A stretch of DNA of 59,403 bases from a virus (IMGVR_UViG_3300028883_000053:1-59403); one strand, 5' to 3'; shown: positions 9,389 to 18,778, counted from the first letter of the stretch. Notes: generated from the sequence alone by a model not told the origin. Numbers and translations are program-made.

Positions 9389-9913
9389 ATGCAGGCTGAG
9401 ATCATGGACGCAATCAAGACGGCGCATGCGGTGCTGTGGACGAAACGCAGGGAGATCGAGGATCGATGGCCCACACCGGATCAGGGCGACAGCTTCCTGT
9501 TTGCGGTCGCGGAGCTAGGAGAGGTCGTCGACGCGCATATGCGCACAAAGGGTCAGTACGTGCGCAACAACGAGCATCTGCGCGCAGTGCAGGACGAGAT
9601 GGCAGATGTCGCCATGATGCTACTTACGGCGCTGGGCGACGATCCTGAATGGCCTGGGATGGACGACATGCCAGATACATTCGAGTCGTTTGGTATCGGC
9701 GAGATTGTGTCGACGATGAGCGAGGTCATGGCTTGGTATACGTACGCAGATGACGTCGACGTCGACAGCATAATGTCGTATCAGATCGTGTGGGTCTTGT
9801 CGGGTCTATACGTCTACTTTGAGGCACGGGGCGAGACGTTGGCGTCTGCGGTCAGCCAACGATTAGCGCGTATCGAGGCCAAGGTGACGCAGGAGGAGAT
9901 GGCAATAGCATGA
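9389..9913 (+). CDS. MazG-like nucleotide pyrophosphohydrolase
   Basis: AELGEVVD...QDEMADV acidic motifs. Confidence 0.65.
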   Translation: MQAEIMDAIKTAHAVLWTKRREIEDRWPTPDQGDSFLFAVAELGEVVDAHMRTKGQYVRNNEHLRAVQDEMADVAMMLLTALGDDPEWPGMDDMPDTFESFGIGEIVSTMSEVMAWYTYADDVDVDSIMSYQIVWVLSGLYVYFEARGETLASAVSQRLARIEAKVTQEEMAIA

Positions 9914-10149
9914 TACGCTTCCTGAGGAATGTGTGGCTGCAGCACAGCTTCAATCGTGGCGGGCGCGAATGGCGCAAATGGTATAAGGCAGTCGACGTCT
10001 ACGAGGGCGACACTAGCACTGCGTGGCACATTCCACCTTACCTGCAGCGCTACCGAGACTCTCTATATGAGGACATGACGCGCCGTGGCTTCGTTTGGGA
10101 TGGCGTCGCTTGGAATAGACGCACGTTCAGAATATCGTTATCACGCTAG
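9910..10149 (+). CDS. Hypothetical protein
   Basis: ATGA overlap; terminator follows. Confidence 0.55.
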   Translation: MIRFLRNVWLQHSFNRGGREWRKWYKAVDVYEGDTSTAWHIPPYLQRYRDSLYEDMTRRGFVWDGVAWNRRTFRISLSR

Positions 10150-10170
10150 CACAGCACGTGCAGGATGTAG

Positions 10171-10203
10171 CGCCTCGTCGATATCGGCGGGGCGTTTTTC
10201 TTT
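10171..10203 (+). terminator. Intrinsic terminator
   Basis: CGCCTCGTCG-ATAT-CGGCGGGGCG plus T-run. Confidence 0.75.
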
Positions 10204-10206
10204 CTC

Positions 10207-10257
10207 ATTCGGTCTTGACAACGTCCCTACGAGGTGATACAGTTGAATCATCGAACG
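10207..10257 (+). promoter_or_regulatory. Repeated cassette promoter (class I)
   Basis: GGTC-TTGACA-17-TACAGT, TGAT-N8-ATCA. Confidence 0.8.
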
Positions 10258-10289
10258 ACAAGCACACCAGCGACCGAAAGGACCGCAAG

Positions 10290-10532
10290 ATGAAACTCAG
10301 CAAGAACGCAGTATCGGCGATGCGACAGGCTAAAGCCCAATTTGTGAACGCCGAGCTAGAACTGTCGACCGGCGACGTGCAGAAGTCATACAGCACAAAC
10401 CTGCACGCCTGGGATATCCTGCAGGAGGGCGAGCAGACAGCCTTCAACTACGGCGAGGCGCTACCCAAGGGATACGCTGACGTATACACCATCATCGAGG
10501 CGCAGAAGGAACGCATCGGCGACAAGATGTAG
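10290..10532 (+). CDS. Monocistronic cassette (moron-like) protein
   Basis: Own promoter, AGCGACCGAAAGG RBS and own terminator. Confidence 0.7.
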   Translation: MKLSKNAVSAMRQAKAQFVNAELELSTGDVQKSYSTNLHAWDILQEGEQTAFNYGEALPKGYADVYTIIEAQKERIGDKM

Positions 10533-10550
10533 ACCGAGCACAGACCGCAC

Positions 10551-10580
10551 AGACCCTGGCACAGACGCCAGGGTCTTTTC
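10551..10580 (+). terminator. Intrinsic terminator
   Basis: AGACCCTGGC-ACAGAC-GCCAGGGTCT-TTTC. Confidence 0.8.
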
Positions 10581-10616
10581 TATTTCCGCTATATATCATG
10601 ATTCTACTGTATCAAT

Positions 10617-10645
10617 TTGACATGACATTCTGCCCATGTTATGAT
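10617..10645 (+). promoter_or_regulatory. sigma70 promoter outside the repeated family
   Basis: TTGACA-17-TATGAT with extended TG. Confidence 0.7.
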
Positions 10646-10681
10646 GTCAATAATGGCGAAAGCCGGGAGGCACGATCACGC

Positions 10682-11206
10682 ATGGGATGGTGGACTGAGG
10701 CGACGTCTGACCTACAGTCGGTCTTGGTTGGGCTATACCCGAGCCAGGCTGACATCGAACGGGTGGCTTTCTCGTCTGGTATCGACACGTCGCAAATCAT
10801 ATGGAACGGATCAGCGGCACAAAATTGGTTTCGTACGTTAAGGGCGGCGGGGAAGCAAGGAAGATTGCTCTCGGTCGTCCGTTTTGTATGCGGTGAATAT
10901 CCGAACAACGCAAAACTGGCGACGCTCGAATATTACATACGGCACAGCGAAAGGGACGCACGGTTGAAGGCGGGCGATACGGTCGACGCAGACGATACAG
11001 TGGGCGAGATGCCTATGTTCGCAACACGCGACGACAGGTGGCAGTCGTTTATGGAGGCTATCCTGCGGGTCGAGGAAAATCAGCGGGCGATATCTGACAG
11101 GCTGCTTCGGCTAGAACTGAATGCGATGACGCCAATGATGTATGGCGTTTCTACCGTCGTCATATCGACCCTTGTAACGCTCGTCCTGCACATGGTCATC
11201 TGGTGA
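10682..11206 (+). CDS. EAD1-like domain + coiled coil + C-terminal TM helix
   Basis: GGGAGG RBS; W..LQSVLVGLYPSQADIERVAFSSGID...NWFRTLRAAGKQGRL...EYPNNAKL; hydrophobic C-terminus. Confidence 0.7.
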   Translation: MGWWTEATSDLQSVLVGLYPSQADIERVAFSSGIDTSQIIWNGSAAQNWFRTLRAAGKQGRLLSVVRFVCGEYPNNAKLATLEYYIRHSERDARLKAGDTVDADDTVGEMPMFATRDDRWQSFMEAILRVEENQRAISDRLLRLELNAMTPMMYGVSTVVISTLVTLVLHMVIW

Positions 11207-11220
11207 CGACAGGAGGATTT

Positions 11221-12066
11221 ATGGCTGCGGAGCCGACGGTGAAGTTCGACACGATCAGGCTGAACTTTCGAGATGTCGGTCCTGGATGGGAAACCTGGAT
11301 TTTATCAGCGCCAGACGTTCATTGGGATAACCCGCACACAGATCGGAATCTGTTTCGGAAACACATGGATCAGGTCGTCAAGCGGGACGGTATAGCGATA
11401 TTCCCAGGTGATTTCTTTTGTGCGATGCAGGGCAAGTGGGACCCTCGCAAGACCAAGGAGGACCTGCGCCCAGAACATCAAAACGGCGACTATTTGGATT
11501 CACTTGTTCGCACTGCGACCGACTGGTTCGAGCCGTATCGTGACCACATCGGCTTTATCAGTATGGGCAATCATGAAGTCGGCATCCTGAACCGTCACGA
11601 GACGAACCTGACCGCACGTCTGTGCAGCGCCCTGGACGTGCCACAGGGTGGTTACAGCGGCTTCCTAGACATACTGACCGAGAGTGCTGCGGGTGGTAAC
11701 AGACGTCGACACAGGGCGTTTTGGCATCACGGGGATGGTGTAGGCGGTGAGGTCACCAAAGGAGCGCTACGAACAGACCGCTGGGGAAGCTGGGTAGAGG
11801 GTGTCGATATCCTGATCGGCGGTCACATTCACCAGTCGTGGGTCATCTGGACGTCGGCATTGACGGCGCTAGCATCAGGGAGACAGGAGTTGGTCGACAG
11901 GGCGCACATATGCTCGTCGACGTACAAGCAAGAATACGAGATGCAGGGTACGTGGCACGTCAGGAAAGGACGCAGACCACGACCCATCGGCGGCACTTGG
12001 ATTCACTTCTATTACGACAGGTCGGCACGCGGTCGGGTGAAATTCAATGCGTTCCGAGCAATCTAG
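11221..12066 (+). CDS. Calcineurin-like metallophosphoesterase
   Basis: DVH, GD, GNHE, HHG and GHIH motifs; AGGAGG RBS. Confidence 0.85.
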   Translation: MAAEPTVKFDTIRLNFRDVGPGWETWILSAPDVHWDNPHTDRNLFRKHMDQVVKRDGIAIFPGDFFCAMQGKWDPRKTKEDLRPEHQNGDYLDSLVRTATDWFEPYRDHIGFISMGNHEVGILNRHETNLTARLCSALDVPQGGYSGFLDILTESAAGGNRRRHRAFWHHGDGVGGEVTKGALRTDRWGSWVEGVDILIGGHIHQSWVIWTSALTALASGRQELVDRAHICSSTYKQEYEMQGTWHVRKGRRPRPIGGTWIHFYYDRSARGRVKFNAFRAI

Positions 12067-12562
12067 GAAGGACCTTTTTGGCTTGATCTGTTCTTCACCA
12101 TCGATCACCGGTCACGGCTACGACACACTAGCGGCTGCGATCCTGCAGCGAGCGTTGAAGGACTGCGTACTTGGTAGGCGAGATCGGCGTGTTGATGCGA
12201 CAGCGTGGTTGCTGCGTTGTGGCGACGATTGGGCGAAGATGATCAATGTATCCTATGACGTCCTAACGGACGTCTTGCGGCGTCTGGTCACGCCACAGAC
12301 GTATCTGGACGCTATACGCTACAACGAAGATATCGCTTGTGGCGAGCGGGTCGAGTCTGTGCGTGTTGCCGTTCGTAACGGCAGGCTGCTCATAGACGAC
12401 TTTGTGCTTTACCAGTGCTTCTGCGACGTGGTCGATGAGGACGACATCACGGCGCAGTTACTGATCGGAATATTGGACGGGTCAGCGACGATATATGTGT
12501 TCCCTGACGAAGTCGACGAGGTGCGAGCGATCTGGTCGACACTATGCGATGACGGAGGCTAA
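12047..12562 (+). CDS. Hypothetical protein (start uncertain)
   Basis: Operon position; LAAAILQRALKD. Confidence 0.55.
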   Translation: MRSEQSRKDLFGLICSSPSITGHGYDTLAAAILQRALKDCVLGRRDRRVDATAWLLRCGDDWAKMINVSYDVLTDVLRRLVTPQTYLDAIRYNEDIACGERVESVRVAVRNGRLLIDDFVLYQCFCDVVDEDDITAQLLIGILDGSATIYVFPDEVDEVRAIWSTLCDDGG

Positions 12563-12564
12563 AC

Positions 12565-12753
12565 GTGAACAAAATCTATCAGGCGATCCAGCAAATCTAC
12601 ACAGACTACGGTCTGCTGCAAATGCTGATCGTGGCGGCGCTGATCGTCGCACTATGCGTTATCGTGCTGGCTATTTTCCAGTACGCTTTTGGCTTCACGG
12701 TGCAGGAAATGTTCGAGCAGTTCAAGCTGTACTTTCCGCCAGCGGGCGCGTAA
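12565..12753 (+). CDS. Small membrane protein (possible holin-like)
   Basis: GGAGG RBS; long hydrophobic stretch. Confidence 0.55.
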   Translation: MNKIYQAIQQIYTDYGLLQMLIVAALIVALCVIVLAIFQYAFGFTVQEMFEQFKLYFPPAGA

Positions 12754-12803
12754 TTTTTTTGATCATCATGTAGTGACATGACACCTACGAAAGGAGGTAG
12801 TAA

Positions 12804-14012
12804 ATGAGTAAAGTCTATCGACTGATCGCTATCTTGTCTGTGGTACTGTTTGTGTTTGTTGTGGCCATTCCAGCATATGCGCAGGACAGCGATGATTACA
12901 GCCTGTACATGCCATCGATCAGGGCTGCGACGGGCGATCCTGTACTCGATGAACTCGATATCACACTTGAGGTAGCGGCTACATCTGAGCAGCTATCAAC
13001 ACCGTTTGGCGTAGGCATGCCTTGGCAGGCAAAGGAATACAGCAGCAGCCCATCGGACTACTATCGGCGCACGTTCAATGTACTGAAGACGACAGCGACG
13101 AGCGGGACCTATAACGGGACGGTATACAAGCCGTGGTGGTATGACTGGCAACCGGACGGCGCATCTTGGACGGGTGCGTTGTGGTGGAAACTGCAATACG
13201 TACCAATGCTGTGGGGCTGCTCGACGGATTGGGGACCATCTGGCTGTACCAACGGCGACTGCGACAGCGACGGCTACGGCGACTATTACAAGGAATTCAA
13301 GGACCTGCTTTACGAGCAATATCTCGTTGATCAGGAAGAAAAGGTGGTCCTGCTCTGCAATGAGCCGACCCAACAGGCGGGCATCGATTACGAAGACTTC
13401 TCTGGCATGCTGGCCGATCTGTACGAAGACGTATACGCGCCCGCATATCAGAATTACGGTCTGGAACCCAAGTGGATCGGTCCTAATATCAGCGTAGCAG
13501 CGGCGATTAATGATAGCACATTCATTGCGGGCGTTATCGATGAGATTGACTGGTTAGGCGGAGGGTGCTTGTGGTACGGCACGCTCCCGTGGTGCCTCGA
13601 CACTTATTACGCTCCGCTAAGTCTGTATTCGCCTCTTCACTGGGGTATCCACATCTATGATACGACGACGACTGGCATGGAGAATCAGTTGGATTGGTGG
13701 GAGGGATTCCTGGCCGATCAAATTGACGAGTCAACTTTCCTGGACGCACCAGAAACAGCGTGGATCACGGAGTTTGCGTCGCTATCCTACGACTGGAACG
13801 TTCAGAAGGCGACTGTCTCTTGGGGATACGATGCGATATCAGACACGAGCCACGATGTCGATAAGGCGTTCTGGTTCGGGGCGGACACGCACGAGGTCCC
13901 TGGCTGGTCGATTGACCCATACAACGATTTGGTGCAACAGAACGAGACGACACTGACGGGGCGAGGTACTCGGTTCGTATCTGAATTCTTGGATTGGGCC
14001 AATACACATTGA
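12804..14012 (+). CDS. Secreted clan GH-A glycoside hydrolase (GH128/Glyco_hydro_cc-like)
   Basis: Signal peptide (..PAYA-QD); WWYDW, YVPMLWG, NEP, HIY, WITEF, FWF. Confidence 0.75.
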   Translation: MSKVYRLIAILSVVLFVFVVAIPAYAQDSDDYSLYMPSIRAATGDPVLDELDITLEVAATSEQLSTPFGVGMPWQAKEYSSSPSDYYRRTFNVLKTTATSGTYNGTVYKPWWYDWQPDGASWTGALWWKLQYVPMLWGCSTDWGPSGCTNGDCDSDGYGDYYKEFKDLLYEQYLVDQEEKVVLLCNEPTQQAGIDYEDFSGMLADLYEDVYAPAYQNYGLEPKWIGPNISVAAAINDSTFIAGVIDEIDWLGGGCLWYGTLPWCLDTYYAPLSLYSPLHWGIHIYDTTTTGMENQLDWWEGFLADQIDESTFLDAPETAWITEFASLSYDWNVQKATVSWGYDAISDTSHDVDKAFWFGADTHEVPGWSIDPYNDLVQQNETTLTGRGTRFVSEFLDWANTH

Positions 14013-14086
14013 GTCGATCTGCCATGCGCAGACACGATATCGGGACCGTCATTCGTGGCGGTCCCAGCACATAGAACGGAGACGTT

Positions 14087-14437
14087 TTGCTAATCGTACT
14101 TGACGGAGAAAGACCGCCAAGCTGGAACAAGATTTACAGCGCAGGACATTGGTCTAAGCGCAAGAAGATCGTCGACCCGATACATGAGGCAGTCTGGTAT
14201 GCGATTCCCGCAGGGACCAGACCGTTCAAGCGTAGGGTCGACATCACGGTCAGGGCATATTTCCGCTCTAAGGCGCTGGATAGCGACAACATACCCGCCA
14301 AGCTGTACATAGATGGGCTGCGTGGGCGGGTCATCGTGGATGACGACAGGCGCTACGTTCGGGCGGTGACGACGCAGTCTATGCGGGACAAGCAAAGACC
14401 CAGGGTAGAGATCGAGATCACGGAGACGGGGGAGTGA
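14087..14437 (+). CDS. RusA-like Holliday junction resolvase
   Basis: PPSWN; DSDN..K..IDGL...IVDDD..YV; PRVEIEI. Confidence 0.8.
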   Translation: MLIVLDGERPPSWNKIYSAGHWSKRKKIVDPIHEAVWYAIPAGTRPFKRRVDITVRAYFRSKALDSDNIPAKLYIDGLRGRVIVDDDRRYVRAVTTQSMRDKQRPRVEIEITETGE

Positions 14438-14622
14438 AGACTTTCATCTGTCATTGCAGACAATGCACCGAAGTTCGCAAGCGACAGAGAGGCAGGCACT
14501 CGTGGCGGCACGCCGACATCAAGGCCAAGAAGCACGGTCTACGGTCGACCGTACGTACACGCTTACGACAGGGAGAATACGACGATCTGCCCGAATCGAT
14601 TACGGCAGACTATTTCGCATAA
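14434..14622 (+). CDS. Small basic Cys-containing protein
   Basis: CHCRQC; coupled start. Confidence 0.5.
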   Translation: MKTFICHCRQCTEVRKRQRGRHSWRHADIKAKKHGLRSTVRTRLRQGEYDDLPESITADYFA

Positions 14623-14631
14623 GGGGATCGG

Positions 14632-15435
14632 ATGGAACCTATCAAATGGACGACCGAGAAGCGCAGGGCGGGCGGCCTAGTTCCCTGGGATCGCAACCCC
14701 CGCACGATGACGCAGAAGCAGGCGGAGCAGCTAGAGGAATCGCTTCAGCGCTTCGGTCTAGCAGACCCGATCATCATCAACACGGACAACACGATCATCG
14801 GCGGTCATATGCGGGATCGCATCCTGCTTCTGATGGAAGAATACGGTCCAAATGCCGAGGTCGACGTGCGCGTGCCTGACCGTGAATTGACCGAGGACGA
14901 GGTCGCAGAACTGAATGTCAGGCTCAACAAATCCGGTGGTACGTGGGACATGGACGCGCTAGCGAATGAATTCGATCTGAATGACCTGATGGATTGGGGC
15001 TTTGAGGATTGGGAACTAGGCATGGGCGAGGACATCGGTGACGCAGAAGACGAGGACGTCACCACGGACGATCCTGGGCCGTCTAGCGACGAAGCACGGC
15101 AGACACTGGCAGAACGCTTCATTGTCCCGCCGTTTAGCGTCCTGGACGCACGTCAGGGCTACTGGCAGACACGCAAGCGGGCGTGGGTGGCTCTAGGTAT
15201 TCGGTCCGAGCTAGGTCGTGGGATGGACTTGGTCAGACAGTCTGCGACCGTGAACGACGAGGACTTCTACCGTCAGAAGACAGCCAAGGAAAAGGAGCTT
15301 GGTCGCGAGTTGACAACAGAAGAATTCCTGCGTGACTATCACGTGATGCCTAAGCGACTGAAGATCAGAGGGAAAGACCCTGCGCGCACGTTCGGTCAGG
15401 ACCTAATGCGAGGGGAGAATCCGAAGTATGCGTAA
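14632..15435 (+). CDS. ParB/Srx N-terminal domain + N-terminal segment of a phage methyltransferase
   Basis: RNPR..SLQRFG..PIII..IIGGHMR; PPFSVLDARQGYWQ.RKRAW..LGIRSELGRG. Confidence 0.8.
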   Translation: MEPIKWTTEKRRAGGLVPWDRNPRTMTQKQAEQLEESLQRFGLADPIIINTDNTIIGGHMRDRILLLMEEYGPNAEVDVRVPDRELTEDEVAELNVRLNKSGGTWDMDALANEFDLNDLMDWGFEDWELGMGEDIGDAEDEDVTTDDPGPSSDEARQTLAERFIVPPFSVLDARQGYWQTRKRAWVALGIRSELGRGMDLVRQSATVNDEDFYRQKTAKEKELGRELTTEEFLRDYHVMPKRLKIRGKDPARTFGQDLMRGENPKYA

Positions 15436-16855
15436 GGTCAAGATATCGGCTATGTCTGCGCGCCAGAAATTCAACGGCTGCGACCCTGATTATATAGCGA
15501 ATGTCTGTCACGCCACCTGTTGCGACGCACCGTCAAGGCCAACGGGCTGTCTGGTGACCATACACCCGACTGAGCAGGCGGCTATAGAGGGAATAGGCGG
15601 CGTTGTATCAAACGGGCTATTGCAACCGAAACAGGGCGCTAAGGGCTGTCCGTTCAAGCAGGGCGACGGTCTGTGCAGCATACACTATTCTGGCGTCAAG
15701 CCGTTCGGCTGCATCGCAAGCCCTTTCACGCTGAACAAGAACGGCACACTGATCATACGCAACCGCTATAGGATGCTTAAGTGTTTCGATGACGGTAAGA
15801 GACTGCCCGCATACGTCGCATTCAGGGAGTCGCTTAACTTGATATTTGGTGACGACGAAGCGCAGCGCATCTGCGATCACCTAGACGATGGCGGCGGTGA
15901 CATGCAGGCTACGATATCCGAGAGGAACTACAAAATACTGATGGACAACGACGAAATCAAGAAACAAGACAAGGCGAACCCGAATCACGTTGCAGACGGT
16001 CTGCTCATGCAGTCTGACAGCGGCAACGACCCACAGTTCTACTACAAAAAGCAGCAAAAGGAGAAGGAACTAGGTCGGGAATTGACGACCGAGGAATTCC
16101 AGCGGGATTACTACGAGGGACCTGACAGTTATCAGACAGGCACGTCTATCTTTGACCCTGTCCTGACCGAACTAGTGTACACGTGGTTTAGTCCTGCGGG
16201 CGCTCACATACTAGACCCTTTTGCGGGCGGAAGCGTGCGGGGCATCGTCGCAGGATACATTGGGCGAGACTACACAGGCGTGGACCTGCGAGCAGAGCAA
16301 GTCGAGGCGAATCGGGTGCAGGCTGACGAAATGATTGATGGCGACACGAAACCGCAGTGGATAGTAGGCAATAGCCTGACCGACATACCAAACGAGCGCT
16401 ACGATCTAGTTTTCTCCTGTCCACCGTACTTTGACCTAGAGATATACAGCGAAGACCCTGCAGACCTGTCAAACTACGACGGCTACGATGCGTTTCTTGA
16501 GGACTATCGGCGCATCATAGCGCAGGCTGTCGACCATCTGCGCAACGATCGTTTTGCCTGTTTCGTCGTTGGCGATATCAGGGACAAGAACGGCATATAT
16601 CGCAACTTTGTGGCTGACACGATAGACGCATTCCAGACCGCAGGAGCGCAGCTATACAACGAGGCGATCTTGGTGACCGCAGTCGGGAGTCTGGCGCTGC
16701 GGGTCGGGCGTCAGTTCACTGCAGGACGCAAGCTGGGCAAGACGCACCAGAACGTTTTGGTATTCGTGAAAGGCGACCCTAAGGCGGCTGCAGACTACTG
16801 TGGGCCAGTCGAGGTCGCAGAGCTAAATGATACGGACTACCAAGTAGGTGACTAA
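15428..16855 (+). CDS. YkgJ-like Cys-cluster domain fused to an amino-DNA methyltransferase
   Basis: CHATCC..GCPF..LCSIH..KPFGC; GTSIFDPVL; DPFAGGS; SCPPY. Confidence 0.8.
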   Translation: MRKVKISAMSARQKFNGCDPDYIANVCHATCCDAPSRPTGCLVTIHPTEQAAIEGIGGVVSNGLLQPKQGAKGCPFKQGDGLCSIHYSGVKPFGCIASPFTLNKNGTLIIRNRYRMLKCFDDGKRLPAYVAFRESLNLIFGDDEAQRICDHLDDGGGDMQATISERNYKILMDNDEIKKQDKANPNHVADGLLMQSDSGNDPQFYYKKQQKEKELGRELTTEEFQRDYYEGPDSYQTGTSIFDPVLTELVYTWFSPAGAHILDPFAGGSVRGIVAGYIGRDYTGVDLRAEQVEANRVQADEMIDGDTKPQWIVGNSLTDIPNERYDLVFSCPPYFDLEIYSEDPADLSNYDGYDAFLEDYRRIIAQAVDHLRNDRFACFVVGDIRDKNGIYRNFVADTIDAFQTAGAQLYNEAILVTAVGSLALRVGRQFTAGRKLGKTHQNVLVFVKGDPKAAADYCGPVEVAELNDTDYQVGD

Positions 16856-17394
16856 TGGCAACTGCAAAGAAGCGCAAGTCTGACGCACTGTCCAGAGCAG
16901 ACCGCAGGCGCAAAGTATCAGAGATGTATGTTAAGGCGATGGCACAGATTGACATTGCGGCTGAGCTAGGATGCAGCCAGAAAACTGTGAGCCGTGACAT
17001 TGCTGCGATCAAGGACGCATGGCTGCAGTCTGCATTGGTCAATTTCGACGAGGCGCAGGCTGAGGCGCTAGCGAAGGTCGACAGGCTAGAGAATGAGTAT
17101 TGGACGGCGTGGGAAAGCAGCAAGAAGGACAGGGTCAAGCGGTCCAAGACCGAAAATAGGAAGGGTGACGATGAAGATACACGGCTAGCGCAGGAAGTGC
17201 ATGCTAGGGACGGAAACCCTAGTTTCCTGCAGGGCGTGCAGTGGTGCATCGACCGCAGGGTCAAGATACTTGGTCTGGATGCACCGCAGAAACGGAAGGT
17301 GGAACATAGTGGGTCAATCGATGTTAGCCAGCTATCAGACGACGAACTCGATTCCCTCATTGCAACGCTTGAGGGCGGAGAGGGAGCGGCGTAG
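16855..17394 (+). CDS. terS: Terminase small subunit (HTH)
   Basis: IAAELGCSQKTVSRD HTH; VEHSGSIDVSQLSDDEL tail; precedes terL. Confidence 0.75.
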   Translation: MATAKKRKSDALSRADRRRKVSEMYVKAMAQIDIAAELGCSQKTVSRDIAAIKDAWLQSALVNFDEAQAEALAKVDRLENEYWTAWESSKKDRVKRSKTENRKGDDEDTRLAQEVHARDGNPSFLQGVQWCIDRRVKILGLDAPQKRKVEHSGSIDVSQLSDDELDSLIATLEGGEGAA

Positions 17395-18778
17395 ACGTCT
17401 GCAGCGGGGCTATACCAAGTCATTTCGTGACTTTATAGCGGAGGTCAATCCAAGATTAGAATTTTACCCGCACATCGAGAAGCTGATTGCGGTCCTGCAG
17501 CGCGTTGCAGACGACGAACTGGATCGGCTCATGATTTACATGCCACCGAGACACGGCAAGAGCGAGACGGTCAGCCGTCTATTTTCGGCGTACTATCTGC
17601 TACGACACCCGAACCGTTGGGTGGGGCTGAACAGCTACGCAGCCGAGCTAGCCTACAGCCTAAGCAGAAACGCACGCGAGAATTTCACCCGTGGCGGCGG
17701 CGAGATGCGATACGACGCAGCGGCGGTCAAGCACTGGCAAACGAACGGCGTGGGCGGCATGTGGGCGGCGGGTGTGGGCGGTCCTATCACCGGCAAGGGC
17801 TTTCACTTAGGCATTATCGACGATCCTCTGAAGAACGCAGAGGACGCCAACAGCGAGAAGATACGGGCCAAGCAGAAGGACTGGTACAGGTCGACATTCT
17901 ATACCCGTGGCGAGCCTGGAAATGCGATCATCGTAGTACAAACCAGATGGAACACAGACGACCTGTCAGGTTGGCTGTTGACGTCAGAGAAGGACGAGGA
18001 TCAGGAGCCTGAGCGATGGCATGTTATGTCGATGCCTGCGATAGCAGAGGCAGAAAAGCAGCAGTTTCCTGCAGCCTGCACGGTTGAGGACGACGAAAGG
18101 AGCGCAGGCGAGGCGCTATGTTCTGAGCGCTACGATGTCAAGAAGCTAAACGGCATCGCACGCAGGGTCGGGTCATATTTCTGGAATGCGCTCTATCAGC
18201 AGACACCGATAGCACGCGACGGGAATATGTTCCAGCGGCATTGGTTTCGATTGGTCGACGCGATCCCAGCCAATGCGAAAAAGGTCAGGTTTTGGGATAT
18301 GGCGGCGACGACACCGAAGGCGGGGTCAGACCCTGACTGGACGGTCGGCTTGTTGGGCGCAATGGACGAGGATAAGCACCTGTACATCTGCGATATACGC
18401 AGGACACGGGACACTCCAGGACAGATCGAGAAGCTAATCAGGCAAACAGCGCAACTAGACGGGCCAAATGTTGTGCAGTTAATGGGAGAGGAAGCAGGGA
18501 GTGCAGGTAAAAAGCAAATTCACGATTACGCTGTCCGCATTTTGGCTGGATTTCCTTTTGGCGGCATTCGAGAGACGGGTGACAAGGTGACGAGGGCAAT
18601 GCCGGTCAGCAGTCAAGCAGAAGTAGGCAACATCAGCATCGTCAAGGGGCCGTGGATTGACGAGTTCTTCGACGAGATAGAGGCGTTCCCGCTAGGGGTG
18701 CACGACGATCAAGTAGACGCTATGTCAGGCGCACTAATGGAGCTAATTCAGGGAGCAGGGTCATGGCTAATCGGATGA
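17321..18778 (+). CDS. terL: Terminase large subunit
   Basis: MPPRHGKS; IIDDP; QTRW; YQQTP; WDMA; HDDQVDAMS. Confidence 0.95.
   Translation: MLASYQTTNSIPSLQRLRAERERRRRLQRGYTKSFRDFIAEVNPRLEFYPHIEKLIAVLQRVADDELDRLMIYMPPRHGKSETVSRLFSAYYLLRHPNRWVGLNSYAAELAYSLSRNARENFTRGGGEMRYDAAAVKHWQTNGVGGMWAAGVGGPITGKGFHLGIIDDPLKNAEDANSEKIRAKQKDWYRSTFYTRGEPGNAIIVVQTRWNTDDLSGWLLTSEKDEDQEPERWHVMSMPAIAEAEKQQFPAACTVEDDERSAGEALCSERYDVKKLNGIARRVGSYFWNALYQQTPIARDGNMFQRHWFRLVDAIPANAKKVRFWDMAATTPKAGSDPDWTVGLLGAMDEDKHLYICDIRRTRDTPGQIEKLIRQTAQLDGPNVVQLMGEEAGSAGKKQIHDYAVRILAGFPFGGIRETGDKVTRAMPVSSQAEVGNISIVKGPWIDEFFDEIEAFPLGVHDDQVDAMSGALMELIQGAGSWLIG

Noticed and set aside
17201-17320. Extended N-terminus of terL; similar over-long starts at 10598, 27572, 41858 and 48001
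   Set aside because: They overlap upstream genes or promoters; downstream ATGs fit RBS position or translational coupling better.
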